In this document: positions 9,567-18,118 of the stretch, in pieces
Layout: every line of letters begins with the position of its first letter
Position numbering within the stretch: position 1 is the stretch's first letter
NCBI GenBank assembly: GCA_017652745.1
Contig: JAGCAK010000005.1
Coordinates: 16,202 to 80,201, forward strand
DNA length: 64,000 bases
Direction of reading: 5' to 3'
Source: Lachnospiraceae bacterium
GTDB taxonomy: Bacteria; Bacillota; Clostridia; Lachnospirales; Lachnospiraceae
Notes under the pieces: generated by a model
The model's database searches: none
Seen by the model: the letters and a program-made list of their open reading frames with translations, nothing else
What the model was told of the DNA's origin: nothing
Program-made: the position numbers and the translations under genes

Positions 9567-10850
9567 ATGAAAATACTAGTTTTAAATGGAAGTCCAAAAG
9601 GGAAATACAGTATTACACTACAGACCAGTCTTTTTATTATGCGGCATTTTCGGGAACACGCTTTTTCTGTTATTCATGTCGGAGCTCAGATCAAGAGTCT
9701 GGAAAAGGATTTTTCAAAGGCTAAAAAGATGATGGAAGAAGCAGATATGATCCTGTTTTCTTATCCAGTCTATACTTTTCTGGTACCGGCGCAGCTGCAT
9801 CGATTCATTGAACTGATGAAAGAAATGCAGGTGGATGTGAAAGGAAAATATGCGGCACAGATCTCCACGTCAAAACATTTTTATGATGTTACGGCACACC
9901 AGTTTATTATTGATAACTGCAAAGATCTGGGGCTTGAATATCTGGAAGGCCTTTCCGCGGACATGGACGATCTGAAAAACAAGAAAGGACAGGCAGATGC
10001 GCTGCATTTCTTTCAACGGATCCTGTTTGATATTGCAGCAGAAAGAGGGCAGGTGCTGAAACCTTTTACAAATCTGAAGGATGTTGTTATCGTGGCGGAT
10101 CTGGACGCGGATGACGAGAATCTTAAGCACATGATCGACCGGTTCATGGAAAACTGTACTGAAAAGCCAAAACTGGTTAATATTCATGATTTTCAATTTA
10201 AAGGCGGGTGCATCAGCTGCTTCAACTGTGCATCTACGGGAACGTGCATCTACAAGGATGGTTTCCAGGATCTGCTTCGCAACGAGATCCAGTCGGGGAA
10301 AGCAATTGTATTAGCTTTTACCATTAAAGATCATTCCATGGGATATCAGTTCAAATTATATGATGATCGTCAGTTCTGCAACGGACATCGGACAGTTACG
10401 ATGGGAATGCCATTTGGCTACCTGGTCAGCGGCAGGCTTTCTGCCGAGCAGAATATTCAGCTTTTAATGCAGGCAAGGGCAGAAGTCGGAGGTAATTATC
10501 TGGCTGGTATTGCTTCCGATGAATATGATCTGGCTTCTTCCGTGGATCAGATGGCTGCAAGTCTTAGCTGGGCTATTGAAAACCATTACACAAAGCCAGC
10601 GAACTTTTATGGAGTAGGCGGTATGAAGATCTTCCGGGATCTGATCTATGAAATGCAGGGTCTCATGCGGGCAGACTACAAGTTTTATAAGAGCCATGGA
10701 CAGCTGGATTTCCCGCAGAAACATAAAGGACGGATAGCGGCGATGTATCTGGTCGGCAGTCTGATGAAAAATAAGAAACTGAAGTCCAAGATGGGCAATA
10801 AGATGAATGAGGGCATGATTGCCCCATATAAGAAAGTTTTGAAGAAATAA
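9567..10850 (+). CDS. tandem flavodoxin-like / iron-sulfur flavoprotein-like oxidoreductase
   Basis: MKILVLNGSPKG N-terminus (NADPH-dependent FMN reductase-like). A second flavodoxin-like half carries the compact Cys cluster CISCFNCASTGTC (Cx2Cx2Cx5C). Confidence 0.7.
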   Translation: MKILVLNGSPKGKYSITLQTSLFIMRHFREHAFSVIHVGAQIKSLEKDFSKAKKMMEEADMILFSYPVYTFLVPAQLHRFIELMKEMQVDVKGKYAAQISTSKHFYDVTAHQFIIDNCKDLGLEYLEGLSADMDDLKNKKGQADALHFFQRILFDIAAERGQVLKPFTNLKDVVIVADLDADDENLKHMIDRFMENCTEKPKLVNIHDFQFKGGCISCFNCASTGTCIYKDGFQDLLRNEIQSGKAIVLAFTIKDHSMGYQFKLYDDRQFCNGHRTVTMGMPFGYLVSGRLSAEQNIQLLMQARAEVGGNYLAGIASDEYDLASSVDQMAASLSWAIENHYTKPANFYGVGGMKIFRDLIYEMQGLMRADYKFYKSHGQLDFPQKHKGRIAAMYLVGSLMKNKKLKSKMGNKMNEGMIAPYKKVLKK

Positions 10851-10863
10851 GGACAGATAAAAA

Positions 10864-11598
10864 ATGACAGACTATGAAAAAATGAATTTCTTCCCGGAGA
10901 TTAATAAGGATAAGGCTTTGTATGCCGATATGCTGGAATCGCTTAGGCAGGAGGATGCAGAAATCCTTCACGATTCCAAAACAGCTCTTCTTTTGCAATT
11001 GAAAAGCTGGCCGCTATATTTATTGGCTGCAACAGATCTGGAAGAAGGGAAGAGCCTTTTGAAGGGACTGACGCCGAATGAAGATGGGGAAATAGTACTG
11101 GTGCTGCGGGGAAATGACCTGAATGCCTGCGCTCTATCATTAGGATATCAGACTTCGGGACCATGTTATCAGACCCTGTATGAGAAAAAAGAACCAATTC
11201 CGATAAAAAGCAATCTGATCATCCGCCATCCGGAACGGGAAGAATATGGGATGATCAGTAAAACATACACGCTTAATATCAGTGAAGAAGAGGTTTATGC
11301 AAGCATTGACAGGCCGGAATTCGCGGCCGGCTATGTGGACGGAAAACTGGCTGGCTTCATTGGGCTGCATGCAGAAGGGTCAATTGGGATGCTCCATGTT
11401 ATGGATGAGTTTCGAGGGAGAGGATACGCCTGGGATTTGTCAGCTCATATGGTCAATGGGCGTATGGCAGCAGGAGCATATCCTTATGGTCAGGTGTATG
11501 ATGATAATGAAGCATCCATCTCCCTTCAACGCAAGATGGGGATGACTTTTTCGAAAAAATTTATTTATTGGATGTGGAAACCGGCAGCACAAGAATAA
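10864..11598 (+). CDS. GNAT family N-acetyltransferase
   Basis: The C-terminal half has an acetyl-CoA binding motif, VMDEFRGRGYA (Q/RxxGxG/A). Confidence 0.75.
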   Translation: MTDYEKMNFFPEINKDKALYADMLESLRQEDAEILHDSKTALLLQLKSWPLYLLAATDLEEGKSLLKGLTPNEDGEIVLVLRGNDLNACALSLGYQTSGPCYQTLYEKKEPIPIKSNLIIRHPEREEYGMISKTYTLNISEEEVYASIDRPEFAAGYVDGKLAGFIGLHAEGSIGMLHVMDEFRGRGYAWDLSAHMVNGRMAAGAYPYGQVYDDNEASISLQRKMGMTFSKKFIYWMWKPAAQE

Positions 11599-11600
11599 TA

Positions 11601-11691
11601 GCGGAGGATGGGACTTCCACCGGCGTCTTAGGCGCCTTTCAGGCCGCGTCGAATTCACCACACTTGCGTGCTCGAATTAAGTCCCATCTTC
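11601..11691. repeat. duplicated tRNA-Leu 3'-end fragment plus inverted copy (long imperfect hairpin)
   Basis: GCGGAGGATGGGACTT at 11601-11616 is identical to 11743-11758, the 3' acceptor/T-arm of tRNA-Leu. AAGTCCCATCTTC at 11679-11691 is its 12/13 inverted complement. Confidence 0.8.
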
Positions 11692-11699
11692 GAACAGAT

Positions 11700-11740
11700 A
11701 GACACAAAAAAACATCCCACTGGGATGTTTCTTTGTGTCT
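11700..11740 (-). terminator. terminator hairpin immediately 3' of tRNA-Leu
   Basis: Nested stems AGACACAAA/TTTGTGTCT and AACATCCC/GGGATGTT. On the minus strand the inner stem is followed by a T-run. Confidence 0.7.
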
Positions 11741-11741
11741 A

Positions 11742-11825
11742 TGCGGAGGATGGGACTTGAACCCACACGCGATAGCTCGCACAAGATCCTTAGTCTTGCT
11801 CGTCTGCCAGTTCCGACACCTCCGC
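11742..11825 (-). tRNA. tRNA-Leu, type II, anticodon reads AAG
   Basis: 84 nt: acceptor GCGGAGG/CCTCCGC+A, anticodon arm CAAGA-CTAAGGA-TCTTG, long variable arm GCGA-GCTA-TCGC, T arm GTGGG-TTCAAGT-CCCAT. With U33 fixed, positions 34-36 are A-A-G. Confidence 0.85.
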
Positions 11826-11855
11826 ATTTGCGGTTTCTCGGAAAACGCAAAAATT

Positions 11856-11883
11856 ATTATAACATATCTTTTTTCGTTTTCAA
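11856..11883 (-). promoter_or_regulatory. promoter candidate for tRNA-Leu
   Basis: The minus strand reads TTGAAA-16 nt-TATAAT about 30 nt upstream of the tRNA 5' end. Confidence 0.5.
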
Positions 11884-11976
11884 CGATTATTTTTCGCAGA
11901 AAAAGCTTTTCATTGCTTAAATGCTTCTTATGAAAACGACCAAAGTACAGGATTCTGCTTTCTGTGAGTGAATTAT

Positions 11977-12018
11977 GGGCATTCTGTAAGAACATTTACA
12001 TAAGAATGTCCTTTTTTT
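11977..12018 (+). terminator. orphan terminator-like hairpin plus T8 in the pyc upstream region
   Basis: GGCATTCT / AGAATG(T)CC stem with an inner GTA/TAC extension, followed by TTTTTTTT. No + strand gene lies immediately upstream. Confidence 0.45.
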
Positions 12019-12113
12019 TATTCAATCTTTTGGAAGGTTCCTCTAGGAACATTGCAGTTTTCGTGATAGAATATCATCGTCACTTTTTGTGCACATTTCA
12101 GGAGGATGAATCA

Positions 12114-15100
12114 ATGGAGACGAAAAAGATCAAGAAAGTATTGGTCGCAAACCGTGGAGAGATAGCTACACGTGTCCTTCGGGCATGCTACGATCTGGGA
12201 CTGAACACGGTTGCGATTTACTCAAAAGAAGATATTTACAGTGAACACCGTATTAAAGCTGACGAGGCTTATATGATCGGTGAGAGTTTAAGCCCTTTGG
12301 GTGCATACCTGGCAATTGATGAGATCGTAGATCTTGCCAAAAGAAAAAATGTGGATGCGATCCATCCAGGCTATGGCTTCCTGGCTGAAAATGCAGATTT
12401 TGCCAAAGCCTGCGAAAATGCAGGAATTATCTTTATAGGCCCGAACTCTAAGGTTCTGGGACAGATGGGAGATAAACTTTCTGCAAAAGAAATGGCCCTT
12501 GCATGCAATGTACCGACGATCCCTGGAAGTACAGAACCGTTGAAAGATGCAGATGAGGCCCTTGCAAAAGCAATCGAGTACGGATTTCCTATTATTTTGA
12601 AGGCAGCAGCAGGCGGCGGCGGACGTGGTATGAGAAGCTGCTTTACACCAGAGGAAGTAAAACCGGCCTTTGAACTGGTACAGTCGGAAGCCAAGAAGGC
12701 ATTTGGCAACGACAATATCTTTATCGAGAAATTCCTGGTTGAACCAAAACATATCGAGGTTCAGATCCTCGCTGATAAATATGGCAACACAGTTCATCTG
12801 TTTGAACGTGACTGCTCCCTGCAGAGACGTTATCAAAAAGTTGTTGAGTATACTCCGGCATGGTCTCTTCGAGAAGAAGTCAGAAAATCCATTTGTGACG
12901 ATGCTGTTAAGATTGCAAAAGCTGTTAATTATGAGAATGCAGGTACCGTTGAATTCCTGGTAGATAAGAGCGGCGATCATTACTTTATCGAAATGAACCC
13001 GAGAATCCAGGTAGAACATACCGTAACTGAAATGGTAACCGGTGTTGACCTGGTACGTGCACAGATCCTGATCGCAGAAGGTGAAAAACTTTCTGACCCG
13101 ATGATCGGCATTACAAAGCAGGAAGATGTTACCACCCGTGGTTATGCTATTCAGTGCCGTATCACGACAGAAGATCCTGCCAATAATTTCGCACCGGATA
13201 CCGGTAAGATCACGGCTTATCGTGCAGCCGGCGGTAATGGCGTCCGTCTGGACGGTGCCAATACTTACGTTGGTTCTGTGATCACTCCTTACTATGACAG
13301 TCTGCTGGTGAAAGTCACCTGTATCGACTCAACCTTTGAAGGAGCTGCCAGAAAGGCGTTGCGTGCAATTACCGAGACCACGATCCGTGGTGTCAAGACG
13401 AATGTCGGATTCTTAAGTAACATTCTGACAAATGAGACCTTCCTTCAGGGAAGATGCTATACCAAGTTTATTGATGATACACCTGCATTGTTTGAACTTC
13501 CTGGCAGCAAAGACCGTGCGACACGTATGCTGAAATATATCGGCAACATAGTTGTCAATGATCCGACTGCAGGCAGAAAACTGTATGATACTCCACGTTT
13601 CGTACAGACCAGCGGACAGCCGCCAAAAGACGGACTGAAACAGCTGCTTGATGCAAAAGGACCGGAAGCAGTCAGAGACTGGGTCCTGGAGCAGAAGAAA
13701 CTTCTTGTTACAGATACCACAATGCGTGATGCACATCAGAGCCTTCTTGCTACCCGTGTCCGTACCCGTGATATGGTGAAGGGTGCAGATGCCATGGCTG
13801 AGATCCTGGCAGATGCTTTCTCCTTTGAGATGTGGGGCGGGGCAACGTTTGATACCGCATATCGTTTCCTGTATGAAGATCCGTGGGAGAGACTGGACCT
13901 TCTTAGGAGGGAGATTCCAAACGTACTGTTCCAGATGCTGCTTCGTGGATCTAATCTTCTTGGTTATTCAAGCTATCCGGATAATCAGGTTCGGAAGTTT
14001 ATCGAAGAAAGTGCAAAGGGCGGTATTGATGTCTTTCGTGTATTCGACTCCCTGAACTGGATCCCGAATATGGAAATTGCCATGGATGAAGTTCTGAAAC
14101 AGAATAAGATCCTGGAAGCAACTATGTGCTACACAGGTGATATTTCCGATCCGAGAAAAGACAAATACACATTGGATTATTATGTCGGCATGGCAAAAGA
14201 ACTGGAGAGAAGAGGCGCACATACGCTCTGTATCAAAGATATGTCCGGTCTTTTGAAACCATACGCTGCAAAGAAACTGATCAAGGCATTAAAAGATGAA
14301 ATCGGCATTCCGGTTCATCTGCATACGCATGATACCTCAGGCAACCAGGTAGCAACATGTCTGTTCGCTGCAGAAGCCGGCGTAGATATTGTAGACCTTG
14401 CTATTTCCTCTATGTCCAGCCTGACCAGCCAGCCTTCCATGAACTCTGTTGTTTCCGCACTAAAAGGAAATGAGAGAGATACCGGCCTGAATATTCATCA
14501 GTTAGAGCCTCTGAGTGAGTACTGGGAGGATATTCGTCTTCGTTATGATTCCTTCGAATCTGATCTGAAGACTCCTCTGACAGACATTTATCGTTATGAG
14601 ATTCCTGGAGGACAGTACACGAACCTGCGTCCACAGGTCCAGAGCCTTGGTTTAGGTCACCGCTTTAACGAAGTACGTGAAATGTTCGTTACGGTCAATC
14701 AGATGCTGGGCGATATCGTAAAGGTTACCCCATCCTCCAAGATGGTCGGAGATCTGGCAATCTTTATGGTTCAGAACGATCTTACTGCTGAAAATATTGT
14801 GGAAAAAGGTGCCGGACTCGCATTCCCTGACAGCGTTGTCAGCTACTTCAAGGGTATGATGGGACAGCCGACATGGGGATTCCCGGAAGATCTGCAGAAA
14901 GTTGTTCTGAAAGGTGAAGAGCCGATCACCTGCCGTCCGGGCGATCTTCTGGATCCGATCAACTTTGATGAAGTCAGAGAACATCTGAAAGAGTTCAAAG
15001 ATGAAGATCAGATCACAGACCGTGATCTGGTCGGATGGGTCATGTTCCCTAAAGTTGTGGAAGATTTCTATAAGAAGAGAAAAGAATATGGCTATATCAC

Positions 15101-15548
15101 CAGACTGGGAAGCCACGTATTCTTCCATGGTCTGGCTGTTGGTGAAACAAATAAAGTAAATATTGAAGATGGTAAGACACTTGTCATCAAATACCTTGGC
15201 AAGGGCGATCTGGATGATGACGGATATCGTACGGTTCATTTTGAACTGAACGGATCCCTGCGTGATGTTAAGGTCCGTGACAATACCGCTTCAGAGCATG
15301 TGGTACATATCGAAATGGCAGATCCGAATGATAAGAGCCAGGTTGGCGCTTCCATTCCGGGGGCAGTATCAAAGATCAACGTTAAAGTTGGTGATCAGGT
15401 CAAAGTAAATGACATTCTGGCCGTCGTGGAGGCTATGAAGATGGAGACTTCCGTTACGGCAAGAATGGCTGGTACCATCGAAGAAATACTTGTTAAACCG
15501 AATGACACAGTGAAAGCAGGACAGTTACTGATCAAGATCAAATCCTGA
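12114..15548 (+). CDS. pyc: pyruvate carboxylase
   Basis: ATG at 12114 behind CAGGAGGA. It has a biotin carboxylase N-terminus (KKVLVANRGEIA, ATP-grasp), a carboxyltransferase HxH site (HLHTHDTSG) and a C-terminal biotinyl domain with EAMKME. About 1144 aa. Confidence 0.95.
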   Translation: METKKIKKVLVANRGEIATRVLRACYDLGLNTVAIYSKEDIYSEHRIKADEAYMIGESLSPLGAYLAIDEIVDLAKRKNVDAIHPGYGFLAENADFAKACENAGIIFIGPNSKVLGQMGDKLSAKEMALACNVPTIPGSTEPLKDADEALAKAIEYGFPIILKAAAGGGGRGMRSCFTPEEVKPAFELVQSEAKKAFGNDNIFIEKFLVEPKHIEVQILADKYGNTVHLFERDCSLQRRYQKVVEYTPAWSLREEVRKSICDDAVKIAKAVNYENAGTVEFLVDKSGDHYFIEMNPRIQVEHTVTEMVTGVDLVRAQILIAEGEKLSDPMIGITKQEDVTTRGYAIQCRITTEDPANNFAPDTGKITAYRAAGGNGVRLDGANTYVGSVITPYYDSLLVKVTCIDSTFEGAARKALRAITETTIRGVKTNVGFLSNILTNETFLQGRCYTKFIDDTPALFELPGSKDRATRMLKYIGNIVVNDPTAGRKLYDTPRFVQTSGQPPKDGLKQLLDAKGPEAVRDWVLEQKKLLVTDTTMRDAHQSLLATRVRTRDMVKGADAMAEILADAFSFEMWGGATFDTAYRFLYEDPWERLDLLRREIPNVLFQMLLRGSNLLGYSSYPDNQVRKFIEESAKGGIDVFRVFDSLNWIPNMEIAMDEVLKQNKILEATMCYTGDISDPRKDKYTLDYYVGMAKELERRGAHTLCIKDMSGLLKPYAAKKLIKALKDEIGIPVHLHTHDTSGNQVATCLFAAEAGVDIVDLAISSMSSLTSQPSMNSVVSALKGNERDTGLNIHQLEPLSEYWEDIRLRYDSFESDLKTPLTDIYRYEIPGGQYTNLRPQVQSLGLGHRFNEVREMFVTVNQMLGDIVKVTPSSKMVGDLAIFMVQNDLTAENIVEKGAGLAFPDSVVSYFKGMMGQPTWGFPEDLQKVVLKGEEPITCRPGDLLDPINFDEVREHLKEFKDEDQITDRDLVGWVMFPKVVEDFYKKRKEYGYITRLGSHVFFHGLAVGETNKVNIEDGKTLVIKYLGKGDLDDDGYRTVHFELNGSLRDVKVRDNTASEHVVHIEMADPNDKSQVGASIPGAVSKINVKVGDQVKVNDILAVVEAMKMETSVTARMAGTIEEILVKPNDTVKAGQLLIKIKS

Positions 15549-15564
15549 TAGCTGTATAAAAAAT

Positions 15565-15596
15565 GAAGAAGGCGCTTCACCTGAAGCGCCTTCTTA
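15565..15596 (+). terminator. terminator hairpin after pyc
   Basis: 15-bp stem GAAGAAGGCGCTTCA / TGAAGCGCCTTCTT; the T-tract is weak. Confidence 0.6.
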
Positions 15597-15615
15597 TAAC
15601 ATTTTGGAGAATGAC

Positions 15616-18069
15616 ATGACGGAGCAGTCTTCATGTAGTGGGAATTGTATAGAATGTGTACTTCATAAGGGAGAGGATCCAAATAAGAAAAAAACCTTAC
15701 GCGATCTGAAGGTATCCCAAAGTGCGATCATTAAAGAAGTGGGCGGCACAGGCTCTTTGCGGCAGCATTTTCTTGATATGGGAGTGATCCCGGAAGCGCA
15801 GATCACCCTGATCAAATATGCCCCATTGGGAGATCCGGCGGAATATATGATCCACGGATATGAACTGACGCTCCGCAATAAAGACGCAGAACAGATCCTT
15901 ATCGGAGAACCTTATTACGCGGAAGAGGCAGAAAGAGAAAACTTTCATGCGCATACACATCGGGAGGATTCTGAAAAAGAATTGCTGACTGAATCAGAGC
16001 ATCCGGGATTTGGTGAAGGTGGAAAATATCACGCCAAAAGTGATGGGGAGGCGCTTCCAAAAGGAACTGTACTGACATTTGCGCTTGCAGGAAATCAGAA
16101 CAGCGGTAAAACGACTTTGTTTAACCAGCTGACCGGTTCCAATCAGCACGTTGGAAATTTCCCTGGGGTTACCGTTGACAGAAAAAGCGGTGGCATCAAA
16201 GACCATGCGCAGACAGAAGTGACGGATCTTCCTGGTATTTATTCTTTATCTCCATATAGCGAAGAGGAAGTTGTTTCCCGTCAGTTTATTCTGCATGAAC
16301 ATCCAAAGGGCATCATCAATATTGTTGATGCAACCAATATCGAACGAAATCTATATCTGACTATGCAGTTGATGGAACTGGAGGTTCCAATCTGCCTGGC
16401 TCTCAATATGATGGATGAAGTCCGTGCAAACGGAGGTACCATCGATGTCAATAAAATGGAAGACCTGCTGGGAATACCAGTCGTGCCGATCTCTGCCGCC
16501 AAGAATGAAGGTATTCATGAATTGGTCCATCATGCGATCCATGTAGCTTCTTATCAGGAAAAACCTGGCAGGACTGATTTTTGCAGTTCCGATAAAAACG
16601 GCGGTGCCGTGCACAGGTGCCTTCACAGTATTATGCACCTGATCGAAGATCATGCAAAAGCGGCACAGATCCCTGTCCGTTTTGCGGCCAGTAAGCTGGC
16701 GGAAGGTGACAAACTGGTGGAGGATGCCTTACATCTGACACAAAACGAAAAAGAAACCATCGAACATATCATTCTGCAGATGGAAGAAGAAAGAGGACTG
16801 GATCGTGCTGCAGCAATCGCAGATATGCGGTTTTCCTTTATATTTGACCTTTGTCGGCAGTGTGTTGTGAAACCGAAAGAAAGCAAGGGACATAAAATCA
16901 GCCAGAAGATCGATAAGGTCCTGACGGGAAAATGGACAGCTATTCCGCTGTTTATCCTGATCATGGCACTTGTCTTTTACCTGACCTTCAGCGTGATTGG
17001 CGGAGGTTTGCAGGGCTTGCTGGAAACGGGAATCGGTGCCCTGCAGAATCTTGCGGATACAGCAATGACGGCAGGACATGTTAACCCCGTGATTCATTCC
17101 CTGGTCATAGATGGTATTTTCAGCGGCGTCGGGAGTGTGCTTTCCTTTATCCCGATCATTGTTGTCCTGTTCCTGTTCTTATCCCTGTTGGAGGATACAG
17201 GATATATGGCCCGGGTTGCTTTTGTGATGGATAAATTGCTCCGAAGGATTGGTCTTTCCGGGAAAAGCATTGTTCCAATGCTGATCGGCTTTGGGTGTAC
17301 GGTTCCGGGCGTTATGGCAACAAGAACGCTTGCTTCTGAACGGGACCGCAAAATGACGATCCTTATGACTCCATTTATGAGCTGCTCAGCAAAACTTCCA
17401 ATCTATGGATTCTTTGCACAGGCCTTTTTCCCAAAATTCGCCTGGCTGATCATGGTGGCTATGTATATTATCGGTATTCTGACAGGAATCATTGTGGCAT
17501 TGATTTCCAAAAAGACAGCCTTCCGTGGAGAAGCGGTCCCATTTGTGATGGAACTGCCAAATTACCGGCTTCCGGGAATTATTAATGTCCTGCATCTGCT
17601 GTGGGACAAAACCAAAGACTTTCTGAAGAGAGCCTTTACAGTGATCCTGATCGCAACCATTGTGATCTGGTTCCTGAGGACTTTTAATTTCCATTTATCT
17701 ATGGTGACAGATTCTTCGCAGTCTATGCTTTCTGTGATAGCAGGATTTTTGGCACCACTCTTTAAACCACTTGGATTTGGAGACTGGCGTATTGTTACTG
17801 CTCTGATCACCGGCTTTATGGCTAAGGAAAGTGTTGTTTCTACTGTTACGGTCCTGTTTGGAAGTGTAGGGGCGCTGTTGAGTGCTTATTCTCCATTGAC
17901 GATCTTTGCTTTGCTGACATTCTGCCTGCTTTATACACCTTGTGTAGCAGCGGTTGCTTCAATCCGCCGGGAGCTTGGATGGAAGTGGAGCAGCGGCATT
18001 GTGGTCGGCCAGTGTCTGGTGGCATATGCTGTTTCTGGTATCGTGGCTTTGATCGGCTTGCTCTTGTAA
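15616..18069 (+). CDS. feoB: ferrous iron transporter, FeoA-FeoB fusion
   Basis: N-terminal Cys motif CSGNCIECV, then a FeoA-like SH3 domain (LRDLKV...GDPAEYMIHGYELTLR), then the FeoB G-domain (GNQNSGKTTLFN, DLPG) and a polytopic membrane domain. ATG at 15616 behind GGAGA. Confidence 0.9.
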   Translation: MTEQSSCSGNCIECVLHKGEDPNKKKTLRDLKVSQSAIIKEVGGTGSLRQHFLDMGVIPEAQITLIKYAPLGDPAEYMIHGYELTLRNKDAEQILIGEPYYAEEAERENFHAHTHREDSEKELLTESEHPGFGEGGKYHAKSDGEALPKGTVLTFALAGNQNSGKTTLFNQLTGSNQHVGNFPGVTVDRKSGGIKDHAQTEVTDLPGIYSLSPYSEEEVVSRQFILHEHPKGIINIVDATNIERNLYLTMQLMELEVPICLALNMMDEVRANGGTIDVNKMEDLLGIPVVPISAAKNEGIHELVHHAIHVASYQEKPGRTDFCSSDKNGGAVHRCLHSIMHLIEDHAKAAQIPVRFAASKLAEGDKLVEDALHLTQNEKETIEHIILQMEEERGLDRAAAIADMRFSFIFDLCRQCVVKPKESKGHKISQKIDKVLTGKWTAIPLFILIMALVFYLTFSVIGGGLQGLLETGIGALQNLADTAMTAGHVNPVIHSLVIDGIFSGVGSVLSFIPIIVVLFLFLSLLEDTGYMARVAFVMDKLLRRIGLSGKSIVPMLIGFGCTVPGVMATRTLASERDRKMTILMTPFMSCSAKLPIYGFFAQAFFPKFAWLIMVAMYIIGILTGIIVALISKKTAFRGEAVPFVMELPNYRLPGIINVLHLLWDKTKDFLKRAFTVILIATIVIWFLRTFNFHLSMVTDSSQSMLSVIAGFLAPLFKPLGFGDWRIVTALITGFMAKESVVSTVTVLFGSVGALLSAYSPLTIFALLTFCLLYTPCVAAVASIRRELGWKWSSGIVVGQCLVAYAVSGIVALIGLLL

Positions 18070-18118
18070 ATCTTCTTTTCAATAGATATCCGTCTTTGTA
18101 TTTGTTATAATTTGCGGC

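Noticed and set aside
11601-11691. The possibility that the duplicated segment is itself a tRNA (a tRNA-Leu pseudogene or tRNA-Sec, since the minus strand begins GAAGATG, like some selC genes).
   Set aside because: I could not draw a cloverleaf. There is no 5' acceptor strand complementary to CCTCCGC, no T-loop (GGAAGT instead of GGTTCAAGT), and no 7-nt anticodon loop with U33 flanked by a 5-bp stem. It is kept only as a repeat/hairpin finding.
11568-11995. ORFs of 121 aa (+), 61 aa (+) and 118 aa (-) covering the tRNA-Leu locus.
   Set aside because: They overlap a well-formed tRNA gene, its promoter and terminator hairpins. They have odd composition and no RBS, so they are artefacts of an intergenic or RNA-gene region.
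11964-12113. A 50-codon N-terminal extension of pyruvate carboxylase suggested by the ORF track (start at 11964).
   Set aside because: The extension runs through a terminator-like hairpin and promoter-like sequence and has no RBS. The ATG at 12114 has CAGGAGGA upstream and gives the canonical METKKIKKVLVANRGEIA biotin-carboxylase N-terminus.
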